IMG/VR virus record: IMGVR_UViG_3300037587_000500
Span: 1-42,379 of that record
Source: a virus
Lineage: Duplodnaviria; Caudoviricetes
Reading direction: 5' to 3' (one strand)
DNA: 42,379 bases
Made by a program: the position numbers and the translations under genes. Positions 7,531 through 16,676 of the stretch are shown piece by piece. The first letter of the stretch is position 1. Every line of letters begins with the position of its first letter. The notes beneath the pieces were generated by a model. That model saw nothing but the letters and a program-made list of their open reading frames with translations. It was not told where the DNA came from and ran no database searches.

Positions 7531-8619
7531 ATGTCGACAGCACGCGCTAATCTTGATGTCACTCAGTATGTGAGGGTCACCAGTGACCCCGCAGTACCTG
7601 CTGCGGTGATGCTGCAGTCGCATCGTGACTCTGTGCGCATCGTCTTTAGTGATGTGAAGCCGGCAAAAGGTAACTCAGTTTTTCACGACCTGGGTGAAGA
7701 TGATCCGATATTGAATGTCCCGCTGACTGAGATCGGTGTGTGGGCGCTGGCGATGACCAGCACATCAGCGTTGACTGTGACTGAGCAGCGGGTGCCGGTT
7801 GAGATTGATCAGCGCGACGGCATGACCGTAGGTGTCACGCTAAACGACGCGACGACCGAAATGCTGGATCTGGATTTCCTGCAGGAGCTTCGTGTTGGCC
7901 TGACTCTCGCCGTTGATTCTGTTGCTGACTCTCGCGTCATCACGCTTACTGCAGGTCACGGAATGACACCCGGTGCGGTCCCTGGTACTAGTGTTTATCC
8001 CGACGGTGATGTGGGTACGATCTTAGAAATCGGCAGCACTACGACTGGGCGCTTTGTCCAAGCAAAAGTGCTAGCTGTCAGCGGTGACGACATCACGCTC
8101 AGTCAGCTAGTGGGTGACGTGTTCTCCGCAGGATCATCTGTCAATACCGGTAACCGCAACTTAGCGTTGGCGGATGGATCATCTACGCCGGTAATTTTCC
8201 GAGTAGAGCCGTCACCAGTGCAAGCGGGCGATATTACGCGCATCATAATTGCTATCATTGGTCCGACCGCGATGGATTTCTCTACTTTCGGGTCAGACAT
8301 ACCATTATCTGTCGGGCTGCTATTTAGAGTCAGGCGACCTGATGGTTCTTATAAGAACATTCGGACAATCGACAGGAATTTGGAAGGGTATCTCTGGGGG
8401 TTCGACAACTCCCAATTTATACCTAAACAGGGGAACACAGATCACGGCATCGCGTTTCGCGTGACGTTCGCTGGTCAGGACAAGCACGGCGCCGCCAGTA
8501 GATTAGACGGCGCGTTAGGGGTCGGTGAGCAGTGGGAAGTGGTGGTCTTAGACCCCTTGCTATCGGGAACAAATATCGAAATCCGCATCATGGCTGAAGG
8601 CTCAGAACTACAGGAATAA
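7531..8619 (+). CDS. Hypothetical beta-rich virion-associated protein inserted before the portal
   Basis: 362-aa ORF rich in V/T/G; tightly packed in the head operon. Confidence 0.75.
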   Translation: MSTARANLDVTQYVRVTSDPAVPAAVMLQSHRDSVRIVFSDVKPAKGNSVFHDLGEDDPILNVPLTEIGVWALAMTSTSALTVTEQRVPVEIDQRDGMTVGVTLNDATTEMLDLDFLQELRVGLTLAVDSVADSRVITLTAGHGMTPGAVPGTSVYPDGDVGTILEIGSTTTGRFVQAKVLAVSGDDITLSQLVGDVFSAGSSVNTGNRNLALADGSSTPVIFRVEPSPVQAGDITRIIIAIIGPTAMDFSTFGSDIPLSVGLLFRVRRPDGSYKNIRTIDRNLEGYLWGFDNSQFIPKQGNTDHGIAFRVTFAGQDKHGAASRLDGALGVGEQWEVVVLDPLLSGTNIEIRIMAEGSELQE

Positions 8620-8622
8620 ACT

Positions 8623-10290
8623 ATGCCTAAGATTGTAAGTTACAGAAAACGACTTGAGGCATTGCGGTCTGAGCGGGCAACCTTCATTCCGCTATACCGG
8701 GAGCTGTCCGACTATCACCTGGCTCACCGTGGTCGGTTCCTGACGTCTGACCGGAACAAGGGTCACAAGCGCAACACCCGGCAGATCAACAACACCAGTC
8801 GCCTGTCATCACGCACGCTGGCATCGGGGCTGATGTCAGGCATCACGTCGCCCGCCCGCCCATGGTTCAGGCTCGGCACTGGTGACAAGACGCTGGATGA
8901 TGCTGCATCAGTCAAGGAATGGCTGCGTGACGTTCAGGACATCATGTACAAGGTCTATTCGTCATCGAACACCTACAACTCGCTGCACACGCTCTACTCA
9001 GAGTTGGGGGTGTTTGGCACCGGTTGCATGGCGGTGTTCAAGGATTTCGACAACGTGATCCGGTGCAAGACTTATACGGTCGGCAGCTATATGCTCGGCA
9101 TGAATGGTCAAGACATCACTGACACGTTTTATCGTGAATATGAGATCTCTGTTGGTCAGGCTGTGAAGCAGTTCGGCGTTGAGAACGTCAGCAGTCACGT
9201 CGCAAAGCTGTGGGAGAACGGTAACAGTGAAGCCTGGGTCAAGGTTGTCCATGCGATTGAGCCGAATGACAAGCGCGACGGCGCCAGCCCTCTTGCCAGC
9301 GAGAAGCCGGTGCGATCGGTTTACTATGAGGCGAGCAACACAACCGGTGATGATAAGTTCCTGCGTGAGTCGGGCTTCGATGAGTTCCCAATCATGGCGC
9401 CACGCTGGGATGTCACCGGTGAAGATATCTATGCGACCGACTGCCCCGGCATCACCGCGCTGGGTGACACGAAGGCACTGCAGCTGGCTGAGAAGCGCAA
9501 ATATCAAGCGATCGATAAGCTGGTGTCGCCACCGCTGCAGGGGCCGGCATCGCTGAAGAACAAGATGAAGGGCGAAACACTCGGGCCGAATGAGATCGTG
9601 TGGCATGAGCAGACCGGCGCCGGTCTGACTAGCATCTATACCAACTATCGCCCTGAGATCGAGCAGATCAAGGATGAGATCCTGAACGTCGAGAACCGCG
9701 TGCAGCGTGCGTTCTATGAAGACTTGTTCCTGATGTTGGCACAGACTGATCGTCGTCAGATCACAGCGCGTGAAGTTGCCGAGAAACATGAAGAAAAGCT
9801 GCTGATGCTGGGTCCGGTATTGGAACGGCTGCACACTGAACTGCTTGATCCACTCATCGATCGCACATTCAGTATCCTGCAGGCTAACGGTGTGCTGCCA
9901 CCCCCACCACCAGAGTTGGCTGAGCGTGAGCTTGAGATCGAGTACGTGTCAGTGCTGGCTCAGGCTCAGCGCCTGGTGAACACGGGGGCGATTGACAGAC
10001 TTGCTCAGTTCACCAGTAACCTTGCCGCCATCTGGCCGGATGCCCGTCACAAGTTCAACGCAGTGCAGTCGGTGGATGACTACGCTGAAGCACTGGGTGT
10101 TGATCCTGCGATCGTCAACAGCGATGAGGTGGTTAAAGAGATGGCTGATGCTGAGCGGCAGGCACAGGCACAGCAGCAGGCAGCAGCACAAGCAGAGCAA
10201 CTGGCGAACATGGCGAAGACTGCATCTGATACTCAGGTATCTGATGACAACGCTTTGGGTACTATCATGAACCGGGCCGGCATCGGCTAA
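8623..10290 (+). CDS. Portal (head-to-tail connector)
   Basis: LASGLMSGITSPARPWFRL; TAREVAEKHEEKLLMLGPVLERL; IEYVSVLAQAQR. Confidence 0.95.
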   Translation: MPKIVSYRKRLEALRSERATFIPLYRELSDYHLAHRGRFLTSDRNKGHKRNTRQINNTSRLSSRTLASGLMSGITSPARPWFRLGTGDKTLDDAASVKEWLRDVQDIMYKVYSSSNTYNSLHTLYSELGVFGTGCMAVFKDFDNVIRCKTYTVGSYMLGMNGQDITDTFYREYEISVGQAVKQFGVENVSSHVAKLWENGNSEAWVKVVHAIEPNDKRDGASPLASEKPVRSVYYEASNTTGDDKFLRESGFDEFPIMAPRWDVTGEDIYATDCPGITALGDTKALQLAEKRKYQAIDKLVSPPLQGPASLKNKMKGETLGPNEIVWHEQTGAGLTSIYTNYRPEIEQIKDEILNVENRVQRAFYEDLFLMLAQTDRRQITAREVAEKHEEKLLMLGPVLERLHTELLDPLIDRTFSILQANGVLPPPPPELAERELEIEYVSVLAQAQRLVNTGAIDRLAQFTSNLAAIWPDARHKFNAVQSVDDYAEALGVDPAIVNSDEVVKEMADAERQAQAQQQAAAQAEQLANMAKTASDTQVSDDNALGTIMNRAGIG

Positions 10291-10305
10291 CACTGGAGAA
10301 CGATA

Positions 10306-10533
10306 ATGGCTAACTTTGATATGGGGTCGACCAAGGATCTCGCAAAATCAGATACACCGAATGCTGAGTTCAATTGGATCATGGTGACGACGACTGCCGG
10401 ATCACTGATTGTCGGCAAGAAAGGTGGTAATGTCACCACGCTCGCTGATGTCCCTGTCGGTATCTGGGTTCCTGTCGGTGATGCGACCAATATCGAGACA
10501 GGATCAACTGCTGTCGGCCTGATGGTAGTCTGA
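10306..10533 (+). CDS. Head spike base protein (RcGTA Rcc01079-like)
   Basis: AGSLIV..GGNVTTLADVPVGIWVPV...IETGSTAVGLMVV pattern; size; precedes a fibre gene. Confidence 0.6.
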   Translation: MANFDMGSTKDLAKSDTPNAEFNWIMVTTTAGSLIVGKKGGNVTTLADVPVGIWVPVGDATNIETGSTAVGLMVV

Positions 10534-10546
10534 AGAGGGTTGTCCT

Positions 10547-12892
10547 ATGAGCGTGCGTAACGCCATGTTGAACTTCATGATGCTGAGTAATGGGTTGGCG
10601 AAACTCATTGTGTCGTTTCTGACCGGTGCAGGAGGGTTCACTTTCACCCGGTCAGGTACTCAAGACTTCACCGATTTCGAGGATGAGACTAAGACTGTCC
10701 CTCAAGACCAGTCGGCGCATGTCGGGGCGCGGATGGTTGAGAATCTTACCCCTAGCGATCTATCTGCATGGGGAGACTCTATCTCTGGTGGGGCGGTAAT
10801 TACAGACAATGGTGATGGCACAAAGACTATAAACTCTCCTGCTGGGGGTCGTGCTTTTTCATTCTTTACGACAGGCTCCTTAGGGATCGGTGATTATAGG
10901 ATTACATTGTCTGTCTCGGATGTAGAACTTGTTACCGACTTGAACTTTTTTGGTCTCGGTAGCGGGACAGGCACAGCCTCGTTCCAAGCTGTGAAATTAC
11001 TGGATGATTCAGATAAAAGGTTATCTGCGACTATTACCGTGACTGTTGCAGGGACGATCCAACTCAGGATGGGTAACGGTACAAGCAATAATGCTGAGGG
11101 GGTGGTGAAAATGGCTCAGCCTGTCTTTGAGGAAGTCACCGGACAGTTCAACCAGAACCCTAGTGAATTCGTCGAGGCGGTCAAGTTTTCTAGCTTGGAA
11201 AACGGAAACTCAGTGGATAGTAATGGCGTAGTCACTGCTGCTGCTGGTATTGTAATCCCTCAGTCCGATGAATTTTCTCGCCATGAGGATAACTTTCTTG
11301 GCGATAGCAAATGGTCGGAGTTTACCGCCCCTACTGAAACGGGTGCCACGTTCACAATATCAGCCGATGATAGGACCGCAACGGTAACCAATCCCGGCGG
11401 TGGCCGTGCGTTTGTTGGTAAAACCTTCAGTTTTGTGTCAGGTAGAACATACTGCCTGTCATCCAGGGCAACCCAGCTTAGCGGTGGGATAGGTATCAAG
11501 AAAAACATGTCTGCCCTAGTTACAGCCCCGACTGGCGAGAAGGATCTAGATTTCCCCTCTAATGGTTTGTTGCAAGTTATCTTCACTGCTACAGTGACCG
11601 AGGACAAGTTAGTTAGATTCGGGATAGGCATTAACGCTGCCGAGGTTACTGCTGCTGTCTGGGAGATAGAAGCTCCGATACTTCGTGATGTTACAGGCTT
11701 GACTAATCAAAATGCTCCGTCCGATGTGGTTGATGGTTTACAGGCGTTTTTACTGACGAATGAAAACACGGTATCCGCTAATGTAGTTGCCGAGGTTGGT
11801 GCGCTAAGTGTTGGGCCTGTACGTGGATACGACTCGTTGGTTATTCATGGGGACTCGTTTACCAATGACTCATCTGAGCTTGGGAGCAATTTGCCAACTT
11901 TATCAGGGGTTGTATTTGAGACTAAAGGGGTGGCGGGAAATAAGTTAGGTCAGATAAGGGCAATCATGATTGCGGACCTACCCAGATCACCGATTAACGC
12001 GGTGCTAATAGAGGGTGGAATCAACGACATTATTGTAGCATCTGTGGACCCGACAGCCCAGATGATGATTGACCAGGCGGCAATGGTGGCCCATGCGGTG
12101 GGTAACGGCCTGCAGTATCAGGTCTACACTATAGGACCGTGGAAGGGGGCTACAGAAGCTACGTGGACAGCGGAGAGGCAGGGTTGGCAGGACACCTATA
12201 ACGCTTGGGTCATCTCTACCTACGATCCCCGGCGCGTAACGGACATGTTTACGATCCTTGAAGACCCTGGAACGCCGGATACATTGCTTGCAGCATTTGA
12301 CTCTGGTGACGGGTTGCACCCTAACGCTGCGGGTTTTGCGGCTGTTGATGCAGTGACGGATCCGCTTTTAACTCCTGAGTTTATGCAAGGCATCTTATTA
12401 GACACCAGCCCGACAGAGATGCGCCGGCCATGGCTCGTCCCTGTAAACGGCGTCAGCTTCCAGCTGAAAGCCACTATGAACTTCAACGGGTCGGACGCTA
12501 AGGGCGCGGACCACGCTTTGCTGTCGCTCGTGTTTGACGCAACGAACTATCTGGAGGTGGCAGTCGATGCGGTCAACGACCAGATCCATTTCAACCGATC
12601 GGTGGGCGGCGTAATCGGAACAGCATCGACAGCTGTGGCAGCGCTCAACTACGTGGTCGGCGATGAGTTAAACCTGCGCGGTGTGGCGGATAAAGACGGG
12701 CTGCGCTTCTGGGTTGACGCCGTCACTGCAGCCAGCACCACGACAGCCGCTAAAGCTGATTTCACATCACCACCGACAGAGATCCGAATAAACGAGAATG
12801 CAGCAGGGGTGACTGGGGTTTCAATTGCAGCAGCATCAAGCAGCACATGGAACTTTTCGCAGTCCGATGCATTCTTAGCGAGCCTGATGTAA
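10547..12892 (+). CDS. Head spike/fibre protein with tandem beta-sandwich repeats and SGNH/GDSL esterase
   Basis: FTFTRSG N-terminus; SGNH blocks HGDSF, GVAG, GGIND, DGLHPN; LamG-like C-terminus. Confidence 0.75.
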   Translation: MSVRNAMLNFMMLSNGLAKLIVSFLTGAGGFTFTRSGTQDFTDFEDETKTVPQDQSAHVGARMVENLTPSDLSAWGDSISGGAVITDNGDGTKTINSPAGGRAFSFFTTGSLGIGDYRITLSVSDVELVTDLNFFGLGSGTGTASFQAVKLLDDSDKRLSATITVTVAGTIQLRMGNGTSNNAEGVVKMAQPVFEEVTGQFNQNPSEFVEAVKFSSLENGNSVDSNGVVTAAAGIVIPQSDEFSRHEDNFLGDSKWSEFTAPTETGATFTISADDRTATVTNPGGGRAFVGKTFSFVSGRTYCLSSRATQLSGGIGIKKNMSALVTAPTGEKDLDFPSNGLLQVIFTATVTEDKLVRFGIGINAAEVTAAVWEIEAPILRDVTGLTNQNAPSDVVDGLQAFLLTNENTVSANVVAEVGALSVGPVRGYDSLVIHGDSFTNDSSELGSNLPTLSGVVFETKGVAGNKLGQIRAIMIADLPRSPINAVLIEGGINDIIVASVDPTAQMMIDQAAMVAHAVGNGLQYQVYTIGPWKGATEATWTAERQGWQDTYNAWVISTYDPRRVTDMFTILEDPGTPDTLLAAFDSGDGLHPNAAGFAAVDAVTDPLLTPEFMQGILLDTSPTEMRRPWLVPVNGVSFQLKATMNFNGSDAKGADHALLSLVFDATNYLEVAVDAVNDQIHFNRSVGGVIGTASTAVAALNYVVGDELNLRGVADKDGLRFWVDAVTAASTTTAAKADFTSPPTEIRINENAAGVTGVSIAAASSSTWNFSQSDAFLASLM

Positions 12893-13170
12893 TGACCGAC
12901 CAAGACGACCAGCCACAACGCGGCAATAGCTCCGCACGTGAAGTTGAACTGCTGACGATTCGCAACCTGATGCGCAATGAGAGCGGTCGGGACTTCATGT
13001 GGCGGTGTTTACAGCAATCCTGTATATTTGGCAATGTGTTTGACAAAGATCCCTTGACGCATGCGTACCGCGCCGGGGCGAGAGAGCAAGGATTGTGGCT
13101 GGATCGAGAGATTAAAGAAGCCGCACCTGACGAATACTTAATGATGCTACGGGAGCATTTCGATGGCTGA
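12892..13170 (+). CDS. Bbp19-like head-module protein
   Basis: LMRNESGRDFMWRCLQQSCIF...AYRAGAREQGLWL; TAATG coupling. Confidence 0.75.
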   Translation: MTDQDDQPQRGNSSAREVELLTIRNLMRNESGRDFMWRCLQQSCIFGNVFDKDPLTHAYRAGAREQGLWLDREIKEAAPDEYLMMLREHFDG

Positions 13171-13843
13171 CGGTGACGACGTTCAAACAACCGGTGTTGA
13201 AGCAGACACTGGTGCAGAAGATGCCAGCGCAACCGATACCACCACGGTTGCAGCTGATGACACGAATTCTGACGCATCCGCTGATACAGCGAGTGCTGAT
13301 GATACCACTGATGCCGGCGACTCAGGTCAGTCCGACACCGATGGTGAAGCTGGTGCGGAGGGTAGCCAGACACCGCCTGATGCATATGCCGACTTTGTGA
13401 TGCCTGAAGGTGTCCAGATTGATGAGTCCATGTTGACTGAAGCAACTCCGCTCTTTAAAGAGTTGGGGCTGACTCAAGATCAGGCTCAGAAGCTGGTTGA
13501 CTTCCAGGCAACTCAGGTCCAGGCAGGTGCACAGAAGCAGGTCGATGCTTTCAATCAGCAGAAAACTGACTGGCGTGATCAGTCTGCTAGTGACAAGGAG
13601 TTCGGCGGCGATGCTTTCGAAGAGAACATCAAAGTCGCGCAATCTGCCATTAACAATTTTGGAACGCCAGAGTTGAAGCAGCTACTGGAAGACTACGGTG
13701 TGGGCAACCACCCCGAGGTAATCCGGTTCATGGTTAAGGTTGGGAAACTGACTGCAGAGGATGTGCCGGGTGGTAGTTCTAACCCGTTGCAGTCGACGCA
13801 GAACAGGGTTAACCAGCTCTACCCGAATGATCGTAACGAATAA
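13163..13843 (+). CDS. Capsid assembly scaffolding protein
   Basis: Acidic N-terminus; FKELGLTQDQAQKLVD; GVGNHPEVIRFM; just before the major capsid gene. Confidence 0.85.
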   Translation: MADGDDVQTTGVEADTGAEDASATDTTTVAADDTNSDASADTASADDTTDAGDSGQSDTDGEAGAEGSQTPPDAYADFVMPEGVQIDESMLTEATPLFKELGLTQDQAQKLVDFQATQVQAGAQKQVDAFNQQKTDWRDQSASDKEFGGDAFEENIKVAQSAINNFGTPELKQLLEDYGVGNHPEVIRFMVKVGKLTAEDVPGGSSNPLQSTQNRVNQLYPNDRNE

Positions 13844-13869
13844 CCTGCCTACGCACACGAGGTGTAAAT

Positions 13870-14868
13870 ATGGCTACTTTGGGCAATAAATTTATCGACT
13901 TGATCGATATCTACAAGTTGCAGGACGGTCGGGGTCAGTTCAACCCCGTCATCGAAATGCTGATGGAAATGAACCCGATCCTGATGGATGCGATCGCGGT
14001 TGAATGTAACAAGGGTACCACCCACCTACATACGGTGCGATCGGGTCTGCCTGGGGTAACTTGGGGCAAGCTGTACCAGGGCATTCCGAACACTAAGGGC
14101 AAGACCGCGCAGGTTGAAGACACCACCGGCTTTGTTGAAGGTCTGAGCACCGTCGACAAGCGCTTGCTGGATCTGTCCACCAATGAGGGCGCGGTGCGGC
14201 TGTCGGAAGCGCAGGCGTTCATTGAGGCGATGTCTCAGGAGGTCAGTGAGAAGATCTTCTACGGCAACACTGCATCTGACCCTGAAGAGTTCATGGGTCT
14301 GGCGCCGCGGTTCAACGACAAGTCTGCTGCCAACGGTGGTCAGATCATCGACGCCGGTGGCGTGGGCTCGGACAACACATCCATCTGGTTCGTGACCTGG
14401 GGTGATAACCAGACCAACCTGCTGTATCCGAAAGGTACTCAAGCGGGTGTGCAACGCGACGACAAGGGCGAACAGCGTGTGCTGGATTCCAACGGCAACG
14501 CCTTCTATGCCAAGGAAGAGTTGTTCACATGGAACATCGGTCTGGCCGTCAAGGATTGGCGTTATGTGTCCCGCATCGCGAACATCGATGTGAGCGACAT
14601 GCAGGCTGGCTCAGTGAAGCTTTACGACTTTATGCGTCAGGCATTTTACCGCCTGCAGAATCGCCGGGTAGCGGGTGGCAATATGTCCATCTATTGTAAC
14701 CGGGATGTTATGGAGTCGCTGGATGCACTGGCTACTAATGCCGGTGCCGCTGACAACTTCGTGCGGCTGACGCGCAAGGATGTCGAAGGTGATGAGGTGC
14801 TGATGTATCGCGGCATTCCGATTCGTGAAAGCGACTCGCTTGTCAACACTGAAGACCAGGTGACCTAA
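13870..14868 (+). CDS. Major capsid protein (BPP-1 Bbp17/epsilon15 gp7-like)
   Basis: RLSEAQAFIEAMSQE, FYGN, EEFMGLAPRF, DWRYVSRIANID, GIPIRESD. Confidence 0.95.
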   Translation: MATLGNKFIDLIDIYKLQDGRGQFNPVIEMLMEMNPILMDAIAVECNKGTTHLHTVRSGLPGVTWGKLYQGIPNTKGKTAQVEDTTGFVEGLSTVDKRLLDLSTNEGAVRLSEAQAFIEAMSQEVSEKIFYGNTASDPEEFMGLAPRFNDKSAANGGQIIDAGGVGSDNTSIWFVTWGDNQTNLLYPKGTQAGVQRDDKGEQRVLDSNGNAFYAKEELFTWNIGLAVKDWRYVSRIANIDVSDMQAGSVKLYDFMRQAFYRLQNRRVAGGNMSIYCNRDVMESLDALATNAGAADNFVRLTRKDVEGDEVLMYRGIPIRESDSLVNTEDQVT

Positions 14869-14879
14869 GTCATCGGATC

Positions 14880-14906
14880 GTGACCGGTTAACGCCGGTCG
14901 CATTTT
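14880..14906 (+). terminator. Hairpin/weak terminator after the major capsid gene
   Basis: gtgaccgg-ttaacg-ccggtcgc followed by atttt. Confidence 0.5.
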
Positions 14907-14928
14907 GAAATTTAAGAGGATGGATCTT

Positions 14929-15366
14929 ATGATTCTCTCAGCAAATCAATTGTTCTCCGATGACCAGGTGATCACAGCTACTGCGATCTCCACCAACGTC
15001 ATCGACCTGGGTCTACCGGGTACGCCGTTTGATGCGGCAGCGCCCCTGAATGACGACGTCGGCAAAGGCAATATGGTGCCGATTCTGATTCAGGTCACCG
15101 AAGCCTTCAACACACTCACCAGTCTGACTGTCACGGTGGAAGTCAGTGCGGCGGCGGGGCTCACGTCACCGAAGGTGCTGGCAACCGAAGTCATCCTTCT
15201 GGCTGACCTGATCGCCGGTAAGCAGACGTTCATGCAGGTACTGCCGAACGGTGCTGATCTGCAGTTCCTGGGTGTTCGCTACACTGTGACGGGCACACCC
15301 CCGACACTGGGTAAGATCACAGCGGCTGTCAGCATGGGCAACCAGACCAACGTAACCGGCGGTTAA
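14929..15366 (+). CDS. Capsid cement protein (Bbp16-like)
   Basis: MILSANQLFSDDQVITATAISTNVIDLG...FLGVRYTV. Confidence 0.85.
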   Translation: MILSANQLFSDDQVITATAISTNVIDLGLPGTPFDAAAPLNDDVGKGNMVPILIQVTEAFNTLTSLTVTVEVSAAAGLTSPKVLATEVILLADLIAGKQTFMQVLPNGADLQFLGVRYTVTGTPPTLGKITAAVSMGNQTNVTGG

Positions 15367-15372
15367 CCGGAT

Positions 15373-15400
15373 AGGGCGGCTCCGGTCGCCCTTTTACTTT
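15373..15400 (+). terminator. Rho-independent terminator
   Basis: agggcggc-tccg-gtcgccct followed by tttacttt. Confidence 0.75.
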
Positions 15401-15412
15401 CTGTGGAGATTG

Positions 15413-15700
15413 ATGATGCCTAGCTATAAAGTGATTACGAAAGGGTTTCTTGAGGGTGTGATGTATGACCCCGATGGCAAGCGCCGTATGGTTCATCGTG
15501 ACAAGCCCTTCGACAAAAAGAAAATGCCGTCTTGGCTGAAGCCGATCAAGTCGGAAACTGCCGGCGAGAAAAAGAAGCGTGAAGCTGTCGAGAAAAAGAC
15601 CGCCAACGCTGATGCTGATAAGGCAAGGCAGGATAAGACCGACATCGACAACGCCTCGTTTATGGGCGACGGTGAATCGGACGCAATCGAAACTCTGTGA
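15413..15700 (+). CDS. Hypothetical head-module protein
   Basis: MPSYKVITKGFLEGVMYDP; GGAG RBS. Confidence 0.75.
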   Translation: MMPSYKVITKGFLEGVMYDPDGKRRMVHRDKPFDKKKMPSWLKPIKSETAGEKKKREAVEKKTANADADKARQDKTDIDNASFMGDGESDAIETL

Positions 15701-15711
15701 GGTGATGGGTC

Positions 15712-16017
15712 ATGGCTGAGCATCCGGTAAAGATCAAAAAAGAGCAGGGGTCGTCACATCTGACTGATTCCTCTGACGGTAACCATTACCCGTTTGGCAC
15801 CAGTCTTCATCTTGACGACGACATGCTTGAAGAGCTGGGCATGGGTGGACTGGGCGTCGGTGACATAGTCAAGATCAGTGCTTTCGCTTTTGTCGACAGC
15901 AGGTCGGAGCACAGTGACCGCGACGGCTCGGATAAGTCTATCCGACTCCAGCTGACCAGTATTGAACTGCAGCGTGAAGAGGGTGACCGCGCTCAGCAAC
16001 TCTACGGTGACAACTGA
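15712..16017 (+). CDS. Small virion protein (capsid staple-like)
   Basis: YPFGTSLHLDDDMLEELG...VGD...IRLQLT...LYG pattern. Confidence 0.6.
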   Translation: MAEHPVKIKKEQGSSHLTDSSDGNHYPFGTSLHLDDDMLEELGMGGLGVGDIVKISAFAFVDSRSEHSDRDGSDKSIRLQLTSIELQREEGDRAQQLYGDN

Positions 16018-16673
16018 TGCCAAGTGAAATTGATGTCATCAATCTTGCGCTCAGCAACATTCGCGCAGGCAGCATCAACTCTCTGACCGAGAGCAGTCTG
16101 CAGGCGCAAGTCGCCAAGCTGAAGTACCCGTTCATGCGCGACCGCCTGTTGCGTGAGTTACCGTGGCAGTTCAACCGCAAGATTCGTGCACTCTCGGTGC
16201 TCACCGTTGACATCTTCAATTGGGCGGTTTCTTACCAGTACCCGGTTGACTGCCTGAAGATTCACCGCTTGGTTCCTGAGTTCGAATCGATCCCGGCGGG
16301 AAGTGCAGGCATCATTTCTCGGCTGCGCGATAGTGAGGTGCGGTCACTCAAGCTGCTACGTCAGCAGGTTCCCTATGAAGTGTTCAACTTCGACGACAAC
16401 AAAGTTATCGGCGCCGATGATGAGAACCTGCGGATCGACTTTGCTGCGAACATCACTGACCCCAACCTGTTTAGCGACGACTTTATTCTGGCGCTGTCAC
16501 ATCTGCTAGCAGCAGAGATGGCAATCCCCTTGATCGGCGCTGAGGTCGGTCGTCAGTTGCGCTCTGACTCGCTGACGATGTATCAGCAGTATCTAGCATC
16601 GGCAATGGCTAACGATATCAACGATGGGTATCATGTACCCAGTGAAAGCGAATTCGTTACAGTCAGGGGGTGA
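16017..16673 (+). CDS. Tail adaptor (tubular protein A-like)
   Basis: SEIDVINLALSNI; LLRELPWQF; YQYPVDCL; position. Confidence 0.85.
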   Translation: MPSEIDVINLALSNIRAGSINSLTESSLQAQVAKLKYPFMRDRLLRELPWQFNRKIRALSVLTVDIFNWAVSYQYPVDCLKIHRLVPEFESIPAGSAGIISRLRDSEVRSLKLLRQQVPYEVFNFDDNKVIGADDENLRIDFAANITDPNLFSDDFILALSHLLAAEMAIPLIGAEVGRQLRSDSLTMYQQYLASAMANDINDGYHVPSESEFVTVRG

Positions 16674-16676
16674 TCA

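Noticed and set aside
8998-9834. Long antisense ORFs in the portal and other core genes
   Set aside because: Shadow ORFs from codon bias; no motifs or RBS
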